Assembly (NCBI RefSeq): GCF_026571515.1 | Contig: NW_026867216.1 | Span: 1-64,000 of the forward strand | Source: Ruditapes philippinarum | Taxonomy: Eukaryota | Direction of reading: 5' to 3' | Length of the DNA stretch: 64,000 nucleotides | In this document: one piece after another, positions 1 to 12,325 of the stretch | Layout: each line of letters opens with the position of its first letter | Position numbering within the stretch: the first letter of the stretch is position 1 | The notes under the pieces: model-generated | What the model was told of the DNA's origin: nothing | Seen by the model: the letters and a program-made list of their open reading frames with translations, nothing else | The model's database searches: none | Translations under genes and position numbers: made by a program

Positions 1-1530
1 TTTTTTTTTGAAAAATATATGTTTAAGTCGAATTAGGAATAGAGAACCAGTTCCTTATTCCTTATTTTACTCCGAATAAGGAACAGATGGAAAACGTATA
101 GAGGACACCAGTTGCAGTTATGTTTGATAAATCTGCATTAGAATTGCAAGGATCAATCATTAAAATCATGAAAAAAGCAATAGCATAAAAATATTTGGGA
201 AAAAAAATGTTCAGGTTCATTCGAATCCAAATAAGGAACAGAAATAATTACGTGAGGAAAGACAGCAGTTGCAGTTATTTTTAATAAATCTGCATAAGAA
301 TTGCAAGAATCATTCATTAAAATCATGAATTAAAGCATCTACATAATTTTGTTTTGAAAAAAATATTAAAGTCAAATTAGGAATAGGGAACCAGTTCCTT
401 ATTCCTTACTCAACTCCGAATAAGGAACAGAAGAAAATACGTAAAGAAAGACACCAGTTGCAGTTATTTTTGACAAATCTGCATTAGAATTGCAAGGATC
501 AATCATTTAAATCATGAAATAAAGCATTTACATATTTTTTGTTTTGAAGAAAATGTTAAAGTCAAATAAGGAATAGGGAACCAGTTCCTTATTCCTTATT
601 CATTTCCAAATAAGGAACAGAAGAAAATGCGTAAAGAAAGTCACCAGTTGCAGTTATTTTTGACAAATATGCATAAGAATTGCAAGGATCAATCATTAAA
701 ATCATGAAATAAAGCATTAGCATAAAAATATTTTAGAAAAAAAAAATGTTAAAGTCGAATAAGGAATAGGTAACCAGTTCCTTATTCCTTATTCAATTCC
801 GAATAAAGAACAGAAGAAAATACGTAAAGAAAGACACAAGTTGCAGTTATTTTTTATAAATCTGCATAAGAATTGCAATGATCAATCATTAAAATCATGA
901 AATAAAGTATCTACATAATTTCTTTTGAAATAAAAATGTTAAAGTCGAATAAGGAATAGGGAACCAGTTCCTTATTCCTTATTCAACTCCGAATCAGGAA
1001 CAGAAGGAAATACGTAACGATAGACACCAGTTGCAGTTATGTTTGATAAATCTGTATTAGAATTGCAAGGATCAATCATAAAAATCATAAAATAAAGCAT
1101 AAGCATAAAAATATTTTGAAAAAAAAAATGTTCAGGTTCATTCGACTCCAAATAAGGAAAAAAAGTAATTACGTAAAGAAAGACACCAGTTGCAGTTATT
1201 GTTGATATATCTGCATAAGAATTGCAAAGATCAATCATTAAAATCATGAAATAAAGCATCTACATAATTTGTTTGAAAAAAAAATGTTTAAGTCGAATAA
1301 GGAATAGGGAACCAGTTTCTTATTCCTTACTCAATCCCGAATAAGGAACAGAAGATAATACGTAAAGAAAGACATCAGTTGCAGTTATTTTTGACAAATC
1401 TGCAATAGAATTGCAAGGATTAATCATTAAAATAATGAAATAAAGCATCTGAATAAATATTTTGAAAAAAATGTTAAAGTCGAATAAGAAATAGGGAACC
1501 TGTTCCTTATTCCTTTTTCAACTCCGAATT
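1..1530. repeat. Tandem satellite array, ~190-bp unit with an interspersed ~163-bp variant; runs off the left edge
   Basis: Unit starts at about 27, 208, 371, 561, 753, 944, 1130, 1293 and 1479. Long units contain the imperfect palindrome GAATAAGGAATAGGGAACCAGTTCCTTATTCCTTATTC; units at ~208 and ~1130 replace it with GTTCAGGTTCATTCG. Confidence 0.95.
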
Positions 1531-2494
1531 AGTTTGAGAACCATGACATAGTTAATTACTTAAAACTATTAAAATGATTAATCGTAATTTAAGTAACTTT
1601 TATTTATACCAATCTCATCAATGTTTATTGATTTTGTGAAGTGACAAATTGTGTATGTGACGTGCATTTTCATGGGTTACAAGGAACCGGATAAAATGTG
1701 TGTTATTCCACGCTGTTAAACTCAGCCTGCAATTTTATGAAAAAAATATCGAAATGCACATGCTTTTTACATAAAGTTATTAAATACAATAGAACACCAT
1801 ATTTGTTTAATTGATTATAAAACTAATTAAAACAACATGACATTAACTGCTAATAATTACAGCTCCTACCATGTGCAAAAAAAAATAATAAAAAAACATT
1901 CCATAAGAGACGACGCCGCTCACCGGCGTCGCCAATAAGCAGTAACTTCCAGTTCCGGTCGTTCACGTTTCACGGTAATTATCATTTTTTCCCGAAATGG
2001 AAATCTTATTGATTCCAATCTATTTCCCTGCCATTAGATTCTTTGCGAGGTCATGATTTCGGAGGGTTTATTAGACTTGATTGATAAATACTTAAAATAG
2101 TGTAATGTTTTAGTAAATTTTGTATTAGAGCTGGCTTTAGGCTTTGCAAAATTCATATTAACTAGCTAGAAGAGCAGGTTTGAAGTGTCTGCTCGTATAG
2201 CGAGCATAGCGGTAACGAAAGTAGCGTCCAAACTATGATGGTTTTGAAAAAATTGCCGGAAGTTCACTTCACTTGGGATAGAAGCTCTTATATCTGGAGA
2301 TCCATTTTTACGAATCTTAAGGAAATAAAAAAATCTTTTTTTCCGAACTGGAATTCTTATTAACCTTTCACATTTTGATTCTTAGCGAGTGGAGGTCTTT
2401 GTAAAAAAATACACGTACTTATAGTGTATTGTTTTCCGAGAGCTCGGTTTGATGCTTTACCCTATTCGTATGAATTAAAACATGTTTGTTCCAG

Positions 2495-2600
2495 ATCCGA
2501 TGTAAAAAACTGAACGGTCATCTTGCCGAGATTACATCTGCTGACGAGGATCAGTTCCTGAGACACCATATTGAAACACTTGACAGACAAAATAGTAGAG
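2495..2600 (+). CDS. Internal exon of a C-type lectin-domain (perlucin-like) gene
   Basis: ttccag|ATC...AGAG|gtaaaa, 106 nt, phase 0 to 1. Encodes IRCKKLNGHLAEITSADEDQFLRHHI, matching the CTLD pattern C-x4-G-H-L-A-x-I-x-S-x2-E-x2-F-L. Upstream exons are not visible in the window. Confidence 0.88.
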
Positions 2601-3457
2601 GTAAAAATTATTTAAATGGCATATTGGTTTTAGTTACTTGTAATATGATCAAGAGCGGCAATCGCAACTACTCGGCCCTTTCCGTCAATCTTCGGATAAG
2701 GACCTCGAACACAATAGTATGAATACATAGAACGGATGCGGTATTTCGGTCTAACCTACGCTTAGAAACTAAACATGTAAACAGCTGGGAGTTGTTGACA
2801 AGTTTATTTCCAATATATGTAGTAAACGTCCACATAAAATAAGTGAATTCATAGGTACAAAAGCAAACAATACATTATTTATATATTTATTTTTATGGCT
2901 TTAGAAACCGAAAGTACAAAAAAACCAACCTGTTGACATTTAGTCGGATTTGTTTAAAATTGAACATAAGAGTACCGGAACCACGTGATAAACTACTTTC
3001 AATCCATATTGTTCCGAGGTTATTATAGATAATATCCGAGGCAGTTCCGAATGCAAGAGCGGCTGCAATATATACATTGCAAAGCCAGTGAATATTTTTT
3101 CACTTTGATATGAGATTTAAGGATTTTTCGAAAAAGAAAACACGTTTTATTTAAACTTTCGGCACTTTCCATGGAAGCACCGGAAGGAACGCGCGTAAAG
3201 AAAGTGACGTCATACGCTCAAATCCACGCGAAAGCTGTGCAAACAGAGTAAATCAAGTTTATAACATTTATGGCCGTGTCAGACTTGAATTACTTACCAT
3301 AAATATGGTTGCATATGTTGTAATCGCTCATATTATGAGTAATATACTCTGAAGTGTTCGTTTTATAATTCAATCGATAAAATCCAGTATTTTACATGTG
3401 AACTCGAAAAAGAATAACTTATTATAATTGAGCATTATAAATGATCAAAAAGGCGTA

Positions 3458-5138
3458 TTTAAATGGTTTCAGGATTATTTAAGCTGCAGACGTCAGTGTG
3501 TTGTTCTAAGAAATGCCAAATCTTCTTGGGGTGTTCTCTCAGCTGGTGTTCCACAAGGTTCGATCCTTGGTCCTTTACTTTTTCTCATCTACATAAATGA
3601 CATAGTCCAAGATCTTCAATCCAATGTTAATCTTTTTGCTGATGATACCAGTCTCTATCTTGTTATTGAAAACCCACAAACTGCAGCACAACAATTACAA
3701 TCAGATATTGAAATAATAGCTGCATGGGCAGAAAAATGGCTTGTCACCTTCAATCCGTCTAAATCAGAATCCCTTATTGTCTCTAGAAAAAGAAATTCAT
3801 ATCACCAACCACTTCAAATGCTTAATCAAACTATACCTGAAGTAAAAGATCATCATAAACACTTAGGATTATTTTTGTCTCACAATTGCCTGTGGCATTC
3901 ACATATAGAATATATTAATGAAAAAGCATGGAAACGGGTGAACATAATGAGAAAACTGAAATTCATGCTAGATCGTAAATCTCTTGAAATTATTTATATA
4001 TCGTTTATCCGACCAATCCTTGAATATGCGGATGTGGGTATGGGGAAACGCATTTCAGTATGAACTTGACCTCTTAGATAAAATACAAAATGAATGTGCT
4101 AGAATAGTGTCTGGTGCAACAAGATTAGTTTCAATTGAAAACTTAAATAATGAAGTAAATTGGGAAACATTAGAACAAAGACGTTATAAACATAGATTAA
4201 CATTATTCTATAAAATCAAACATGGCATTGCACCAGAATATTTGTCAGAACCAATACCGTATCAAACAAACACTCGTTATAACCTTAGAAATTCAAACGA
4301 CACTATTGGTATTTCAGCAAGGACATCTTTATACTTTAGTTCTTTTTTCCCATCTTCAATTCGTGAATGGAACAACTTGCCCCTTAACATAAGGAATCTA
4401 CCAACCCTTTCAATGTTTAAAAATTATCTATTACGTGATAAGAAAACTACACCAAAATACTTTTATTTTGGTGATAGAAAACTTCAAATTCTTCACACCA
4501 GGTTACGCACAAAATGTAGCTCCCTAAATTATCATTTGTTTCTTAAAAATATATCACCATCGCCATTATGTGAGTGTGGTCAAATGGAAACTAACTTTCA
4601 TTACTTCTTTGAATGCAATCGCTTTCGTTCATGTAGAGAAAAATTATTGGGAAATCTAAATAATTTCGATATTACCCTCAACACCCTACTTTTTGGCAAC
4701 CCGGACATCTCTGATACTGATAATGCCAATATCTTTAAACACGTTCATACTTTTATCTCAGAATCAAAGCGATTTCTCTGAACTTAAAGTGAAACAGTGA
4801 AGCAATCTTTCTTTTCTCTTTCTTTCTTTTTTCTTCCTATTTTATTATTTGTTTTCCTTTCTTCTTTTTTCGTTATTACAATTTCTAATTCTTATTCCGA
4901 TGATTACTTATAAATATAACGTTTACTTCGTCACAAATATTTACATTCCACTTTTTTGATAATTGTACAAAATATTAGAAAATCGACTCATTATAAAGTT
5001 ACACTAAAAGGAGAAGAATTTTATAAGACTTAGTCTTTCATTCTCATCCTTTTCTTTGAATATATTATATATTTGTATTCTGATTGTATTGTATTATGTA
5101 TATCATGTAAATATTCGGGAAATAAATATGTTTAAACT
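3458..5138 (+). mobile_element. 5'-truncated CR1-type LINE (frameshifted RT C-terminal half plus 3' UTR) inside the lectin intron
   Basis: GVPQGSILGPLLFLIYIND and LFADD motifs, C-terminal CECG..HYFFEC. ORFs 3428-4063 and 3984-4781 overlap through a frameshift. Tail AATAAATATGTTTAAACT. 11-bp TSD AAAAAGGCGTA at 3447-3457 and 5139-5149. Clade assignment is from motif recall. Confidence 0.93.
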
Positions 5139-6089
5139 AAAAAGGCGTAAATGATAGGCTTTTACAGAGAGACCTGTAAAGCCAAAATAAATAAAGAATA
5201 ATATCAAAGTGTACAATGCATGTATTTGTTACATCAAAATCGAGTTCATTGTTTACATATATGTACTCATCTCTAAAAGGCGTTTAAAGGTTTTATTTAC
5301 AGCACGGCATTTATACATAAAAGGAGGTTTTAATTTGAAAAGCCTTTTAATATGATTACTACTGTCACAGCATTACTGCATAACCGCTTACGGCCGGAAA
5401 GAATATGTGGGAGGGAGGCGTTATGGAAAAAAACATACGGACTAGCAAAAATAGACTTACTCCGAAATAAAGAACATTTTGTTATTTTCCCAGCTAATCC
5501 GTAGGTACAAACACAATGTTACAGTACCAGCCTCGAAAATAAGTTAATCTATTGTGAATGGTAGTTCAACACGGGGGAGGAGCTGGTACACGTTTGAGTT
5601 CTTATGATAACTTGTCAGGGGCTCTTGTGATAACTGTCACGGGGTTCGTCGGAAAACTTTTGTAAATACTACAAAACACCCGTCAAAATGCTTAATTTCA
5701 TCTTTAATATGCGAGTGCTAAATTAAACTTTAATGATTAAGCTTGCCTTCCATCTTGTATGTGTCAAAAACTAATTCATAGTCCATTTTTCATCTCCTCT
5801 TGTTTACAATCTGGTAGTTTTTAGTAAAATTTCCAAATTATTTGCCAATTTGAATGTATTGAGTATATTTCCCTGCTATACAAAGTTACCTAATTATAAT
5901 GCAAATGCAAACATAAAGCCCCGACTAACACATTTATGCCCGATTTTTCAAATGTCCTGGAGTTCTTGTGATAACTCTGAAGCTGTCCTAGAGTTCTTAT
6001 GATAACTTTTGTTACTCTCAGTGTGTTTCTTGCGTTAAATCAGGGCACGTTTTAGCGTTTGTTATAAAAATGTTGAATATATTAAATTT

Positions 6090-6220
6090 CAAAAGTTACC
6101 AAATTTAAAAAGTAACCTAATTTCAATAGTTACCAAATTGCAGCAGTAACCAAATCTGAATAGTAACCAAATTTAAATAGTTCATTCCAACAATTACAAA
6201 CCTCAAAGAGTAACCAAATC
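6090..6220. repeat. Degenerate ~19-bp minisatellite with an AGT(T/A)ACCAAAT core
   Basis: About six recurrences of AGTTACCAAAT/AGTAACCAAAT. Confidence 0.6.
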
Positions 6221-7158
6221 CTGGTAATATTTCAGAATGCTTCAGTGCCTCTTCAAATCAATATAGTGGCACTAAAGCTACGACGTACGACGGACACACG
6301 TGCCAGCGATGGGATTCACAAACTCCCCACACACATACACGAACTCAACCCATCAGGTTTCCAGAGAGATCTGTGACAGAAGCTGCCAACTATTGTCGAG
6401 ATCCCGACCCCTTAGGGTTACCATGGTGTTACACAACAGACCCAAAAATTAGGTGGCAGTATTGTGGCATTTACGAGTGTCCGGGTGGTAAGTGGCTGTT
6501 AGATAATATTCTCTAACAAATGAAACGGAGACAGTGAAACTTGGAAGAAAAACCCAAGAGAAAAAAATGTTAAATGAACTCAAACTTGACGTCATTCTGA
6601 TAAAGAGTATACGCTATAATCATTTTAACTTTACATTGTATCGCAGAAATTTTTCTGCGCAGCAATAATTTGTCACAAATTATATCGCGAAAAGTTCAAA
6701 AGTTTCAATTGAAAAAATTATGTACCATCGAAATCGTCAAAAATTTATTTCTCATTCTTGTGTCCAAAAGATCTTTATTAAATGCACATCGTACCTGTCT
6801 AGCTTCGTTTTCAATGTCAGGATTTAAAGAAGGTCATAAAAATTCCTTTTTGTATTTAATGTAAAAAAAAATCTGTCAAAATGTCCGAAAAGGTGTTGTG
6901 AAGTAAGGAGGTCATTGTATACATTGTTGAGAACATAAACTATATATACACAATTGCAAAACCTATATCAGACTAGAGTTGCGTCTCGTCCAATATAGGT
7001 TTAAAAGCTGTGTACTCATCCAATATAATTCAGTATTGTACTCAACACTATAAATTTACGTCATGATATTGACACATGTCTAATATCGTACAAGAACGCA
7101 TCGTACATGAAGGCATGATACTTATTTATCTATCTGTAACACGGTTGTTTCCTTCCAG

Positions 7159-7367
7159 GGAACTACTGGGCCGGAATGGCCATACTGGAAGATGTCTGGA
7201 AATGGATCCACACGGAGACTGAACTTGATCAAGGTTACACTAACTGGTATCAAAACCAATACTGGCAATATTGCGGGTCATTAAATTCGAACGTAAACTA
7301 TCAATGGATTAGAAGCAAATGTTCACATACGGCAATGTACATTTGCGAACAGACGAAATATGCATAA
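7159..7367 (+). CDS. Terminal exon of the C-type lectin-domain gene
   Basis: ccttccag|GG AAC TAC TGG joins the phase-1 donor at 2600 (GGG, Gly). Encodes GNYWAGMAILEDVWKWIHTETELDQGYTNWYQNQYWQYCGSLNSNVNYQWIRSKCSHTAMYICEQTKYA*, with WxG, WxW, YTNW and C..C..ICE hallmarks. Confidence 0.9.
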
Positions 7368-8051
7368 GAGAGTTGTCGTCTTTTTATGATGAACGCTTCG
7401 TGAAATCAGACATTGATTGAACGCAGAACAATTCAATTCTATTCTTGATTCATTGTAACAATGCTGCCAGCGTTCTTTGCCGTAAAATGGAACTATTTTA
7501 CAACACACAATAATTCATGATCATTTGATATATTTTGTACAAACATTAGTATAATATTTGCTGTATTTGCATATGCATTAAGTCAAAAACAGGATGAAAT
7601 CTCCAGTTCAAATAGGGATAATAGTTAGATTTAATTAAAAAATTCTTCTTGATTTGATTTTGCAAAACTAGAAATCTCTAGAAACTCTTCAGAAAATGTG
7701 TGATGACATATTCTGTTCAAAATTCAAAAGTAGTGTAACTGTAGATGTTGATTTTTCTAGCGTCATCATATTTTACTTTTGGGCACTCATGGCCAGATGT
7801 TGACCGATATTAATGTAAATAGCAAAGCTGTATTTTTGATAAGTTTATATATCTTTTAAACTTTATGGAGTAAGACTCTCTCTTCTTCTAAATTTAGTTG
7901 GGTTCTTTGCTTATGATTTTCATGTTGGAGGGCTGAGAAAGAGAATCTCAACTTAGCATAGGAAAACTTTGCTACATGTTCTCTATCAAGAATGTGGAGA
8001 ATCATAACTTTGTCAAAGTTCAGAGCTTTATACTATTTAAGATAAAAAGAT

Positions 8052-8125
8052 GCTTAAGCTCAGTCGGTAAAGCCTCGGAACGGCTTTCCGAGGGCACCGG
8101 GTTTGAGTCCCGGTCAGGCTGTACA
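8052..8125 (+). mobile_element. tRNA-derived SINE head (fragment)
   Basis: A-box-like AAGCTCAGTCGG, B-box-like GGTTTGAGTCC, stem CCTCGGAA/TTCCGAGG. Confidence 0.6.
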
Positions 8126-8129
8126 TTGA

Positions 8130-8581
8130 AAAACAGTATTAATAACATGTCTGGTCCAAGAAGAAATGGTCGTAATAAACTTATATCATATAGATTCTTT
8201 AAACAAGGTTATGAAACAGAAATGTATGTCTCTATAAGTAATATTCCTGCTAAACACAGATCCGCTCTGGCTAAATTCAGATGCGGTGTTGCGCCTATAC
8301 GTTTAGAAACGGGGCGATATGAAAATATGTCTGTTAATGCTAGACTGTCCTATTTGTAAAAATGCAGTTGAAACGGAAAACCATGTCTTATTAGAATGTT
8401 AATGTTATGAAACAATAAGAAGGAGTTTATATGAAGAAGCTGTTAAAATTAATCATAACTTTCACGGATGGAATGATGATCACAAATTTGATTTTTTTCT
8501 ATCTTATCACGATATTGTTAGAGAAAGTGTCAAAGCCTGTTTCTCAATATTAAATATGAGATCGAACCTTCTGTACAGTTA
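8130..8581 (+). mobile_element. Decayed non-LTR retrotransposon ORF2 C-terminal fragment
   Basis: NKLISYRFFK...RSALAKFRCGVAPIRLETGRY followed, after a frameshift, by CPIC..VETENHVLLEC, a LINE zinc-knuckle region. Confidence 0.8.
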
Positions 8582-8709
8582 GTTTTTATAATAGACAGTT
8601 ACTTTTAATTGTACAGATATATTTGCTTGGTTTTTTAACATGTTATTTATTGTATTTTATAATTTTTGCTCTTTTTAAGCCAATGGCCAAGTAATATCTG
8701 ATGATACCC

Positions 8710-9360
8710 ATGTACCCTGAAACATTCGCGTTCTCCAGTAATCATATCCTATACATTCATTTTCTTACTTAGTCTCGCCCCTTACAATTATTTTCATGGT
8801 CATGCCATGTAGATCTATTTTTCTTACTTTTCATAGACTGTACATCCATATTCTTACACACAAAGATGTACTTGGTCACGTCCTGTACATCTCTGTTCTT
8901 ACTTGTAATATCCTATACATTTATGTTCTTACATTGCCACGTCCCTTACAAACATGCGCTTGGTCAGGTCCTGTACATTTATATTCTTACCTGTAATGTC
9001 CTATACATTTATGTTCTTACATGGCCAGGTCCCTTACAAACATGTACTTGGTCACGTCCGGTACATCTATGTTCTTTCTTGTTTTACCCTGTACATTAGC
9101 GTTCTTACATGTCACGTCCCATACAAAGATGTACATGGTCACGTCCTGTACATTTATGTTCTACTTATAATATCCTATACAATCAAATTCTTACATGATC
9201 ATGTCCCTTACAAACATGTACTTGATCATATCATAAACATTTATGTTCCTACTTGAAATATCCTGTACTTTCATGTTCTTATTTCGTCACCTTCGTTATA
9301 AACATGTACATGTACTTAATCATGCCCTGTATATGAATATCCTCATTTATCACATACTGT
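8710..9360. repeat. Degenerate minisatellite of alternating ~25-30-bp subunits
   Basis: Repeated TTCTTAC(T/A)TG..TCCT(G/A)TACAT and CCCTTACAAACATGTAC; explains the spurious ORFs at 8796-9256. Confidence 0.8.
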
Positions 9361-9786
9361 GTAATTATATCTTATAATAAAAAAGTTCTCTGAAAGTGAT
9401 TTTTTATATATCCTTTAAATAACAAGAATTGTCTTTAGAACTTCTATAAATGCCGTTTTATTGTCTATTTAACATTTCTACATTTTGCTTGAAGTAAATT
9501 TGTAATTTATTTCGCATGAACGGTACATAACTCACGTGACCCATTATCAACCGGAATTTTCAATATTTTGAAATATGTAGTCATTTAGCTCAACTTGGTG
9601 ATGAAGAAAATGAACATTATGTCAAATTAAAAATTCTATACAACAAACATGCCAAGATATGTAATTTTTTTAGACGATACATGTATTTTAAACTCGAAGA
9701 GCAGCGTATAGTGGCATCTTTTAGAAAAGTATTCAAATAGACAATCTTGGTCCATCCAACAGTTTGCAGGAGGGCTTTGAATGAGG

Positions 9787-10508
9787 CATTAGAATTGCAA
9801 GGATCAATCATAAAAATCATGAAATAAAGCATCTGCATGAAAATATTTTGGAAAAAAAAAATGTTCGGGTTCATTCGACTCCGAATAAGACAGAAGTAAT
9901 TACGTAAAGAAAGACACCAGTTGCAGTTATTTTTGATAATTCTGCATAAGAATTGCAAGGATCAATAATTAAAATCATGAAATAAAGCATCCACATAATT
10001 TTTTTTGAAAAAATATTAAAGTCGAATAAGGAAAAGTGAACCAGTTCCTTATTCCTTATTCAACTCCGAATAAGGAACAGAAGAAAATATGTAAAGAAAG
10101 ACACCAGTTGCAGTTATTTTTGATAAATTTGCATAAGAATTGCAAGAATCAATCATTAAAATCATGCAGATTTATAAAAAATAATTGCAACTGGTGTCTT
10201 TCTTTACGTATTTTCTTCTGTTCCTTATTCGGAGTTGAATAAGGAATAAGGAACTGGTTCCCTATTCCTTATTCGACTTTTAACATTTTTTTCCAAAATA
10301 ATTTATGCAGATTCTTTATGCAATGATTTGAATGAGGTATAAATTTTATTTTAAATAAATACTAATTCTGCTGTTCCTTATTTAGATTTGAATAAGGAAT
10401 CAAGAACTAGTTCCCTATTCCTTATTCGAAAAAGGAATAAGGAACTGATTCCTTATTCCTTATTCGAAAAAGGAATAAGGAATAGGGAACTAACTTTATG
10501 TACATAGA
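9787..10508. repeat. Second block of the ~190-bp satellite with an orientation switch
   Basis: Same orientation as 1-1530 up to ~10168, reverse complement from ~10169, ending in stacked GAATAAGGAA/TTCCTTATTC hairpins. Confidence 0.9.
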
Positions 10509-10514
10509 GCACAG

Positions 10515-10780
10515 TTCAACCACCGATACGTATCGTTCCTGGCAAGGCTGTCAAGCAGTTTACCATTATTAGTTTACCATTATAAGGGCTTTGAATAATT
10601 GCCTTCAATTTCGCAAGGAACTTAAACTTCTGTAAATGCCAGAGAAGAGGTACAGTGCGAATGACCGTAGAAAGGATTTCATAATCAATCACAACGAAAG
10701 TGACCTGCGCCGTCCGGGAATTGAACACGGGTCGCCCGATTCACAGTCCAACGCTCTAGCTATTGAGCTAACCGGACGGC
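10515..10780 (-). mobile_element. tRNA-derived SINE with a probable Meta-type central domain
   Basis: Minus-strand head GCCGTCCGGTTAGCTCAATAGCTAGAGCG...GTTCAATTCCCGGACGGC (A/B boxes, GTG loop), then GATTGATTATGAAATCCTTTCTACGGTCATTC, which resembles the Meta-SINE core as I recall it. Confidence 0.8.
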
Positions 10781-11480
10781 TAGGTTGTAACTACACTTAA
10801 ATGAAATTTTATATATGTATATAATTATGCTTATAAAACAATTTTCAAACATTGAAGAAAATGTGAAATATTAAATGCAAATATTTGTGCACATTATATG
10901 TAATCATTAAAATATATAACATTCATTTCGTATTGAAAAATTTGACTTAGACTTTATAGAAAATAAATGTTTAATTAAACTCCCTTTTTTACATGAAATG
11001 TTAAATTCGGTAATATCTTTACAAATAATGCTTTTTGGAACTTACAATATTGATAAACTTAATTTGAGCATCATACTTATGATATAAAACCATAAAAATA
11101 TTGTGTAACAGGAAGGATCTTTAACAAAATCATTGCAAAAAGTCTTTTAAAATTACATTATTCAAAGCATGGCACTGTCAAGGTATCTCGTCTTCCCATT
11201 CGGGCCAGCTAAATGTCACCTTAATATCTTTAAGGTCTTTAGATCTTTCTCTTTTTTTTCGTTGGCTAATCAATGAGCATATTAGTTATACTTGTTTTCT
11301 GTAGGACATCATGTGTGAATCTGAATTGTTGAAACTGTCTTTGAAGTGCAACTTTAAAATACAAAAAATTATATCTTTAAATTATTATGTAGCACTTTCT
11401 ATTTCGTTCGCCATTTAGTGCAATGGGGTGTTCATGGCACTATTTGATACAATATGTAACATTACTCATTATTTTCTCAT

Positions 11481-11486
11481 TTTATT
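11481..11486 (-). promoter_or_regulatory. Candidate polyadenylation signal of the minus-strand gene
   Basis: AATAAA on the minus strand about 560 nt past the stop at 12042. Confidence 0.35.
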
Positions 11487-12041
11487 ATTAACATAAACAA
11501 TCGACACCGTGTTATAAAGCACATATACTTATACTTATACACACAATTATTACATATGTTTGTATATACAGAGTTTTTTTGGGTATATTTTTGCACATAG
11601 TTCACAACTAATATATAATATATAATGTATATACATGTAGGGGCTTATTTACTTACATAAATATAAACACATATATGTGCTACCTACACTTATTTCACTA
11701 TTAAATAACTATTTCAATTTATATAACGAAGTTTACTAACAGCACAACGTATAAACTATAATTACATTATATACACATGTATGTTATATATTCAACAAAT
11801 AAGCATCACCAGAAAATTGGTGAATATTTTATACACGTTCATATCTGAAAAGAAGTCTAATCTTTTATCTGAACTCATATTCTTATACATGCCCTTTTGG
11901 TTGGCAAATTTTGGGTATGGTCATTCTTTGTATAGAACTCCTTTTTCGGATAATAGTCATTCGGATAAGCATGTATAAAAACGGGGGGAGGGGGAGGGGA
12001 GTCAGTTTATCACATAATTTAGCTAAACACTGTCTGTTTTA

Positions 12042-12325
12042 TCATGTTGGAAGAACGCATGAACGCCACATTAAAGTCACGATATAAACTAATGCTGAAA
12101 AAATGTTTTCAGATGTTATGTATTTGATAAGAGAATTGCTGTTAAACGTTATGCTGTTAGCTGTTGACTCAAATGACTCCACATATAGCGGATTCTGGTA
12201 AACGATATCTGTATTAGGATTATGGTACGGCGGCTGGTCGTTACTATGGTTATATTGTCGGGGGTGTAAAGGGGCGGCCGTCGTTCTGTCACCTATTGTA
12301 CCCTTACAAAATCTTGATTGGTCCT
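12042..12325 (-). CDS. Exon 17 (terminal): linker plus hydrophobic tail
   Basis: ctttcag|AG GAC CAA...; (E)DQSRFCKGTIGDRTTAAPLHPRQY...SENIFSALVYIVTLMWRSCVLPT*. Confidence 0.85.

Noticed and set aside
1-1530. CRISPR-like array of palindromic repeats
   Set aside because: The sequence between palindromes is itself repeated, there are no unique spacers or cas genes, and the context is eukaryotic.
1910-1931. GC hairpin GACGCCG-CTCAC-CGGCGTC as a Helitron 3' end
   Set aside because: No CTRR terminus at the expected distance and no definable 5' end.
10708-10780. tRNA-His(GTG) gene
   Set aside because: Acceptor and T stems do not pair in the canonical register and the sequence runs straight into a SINE body.
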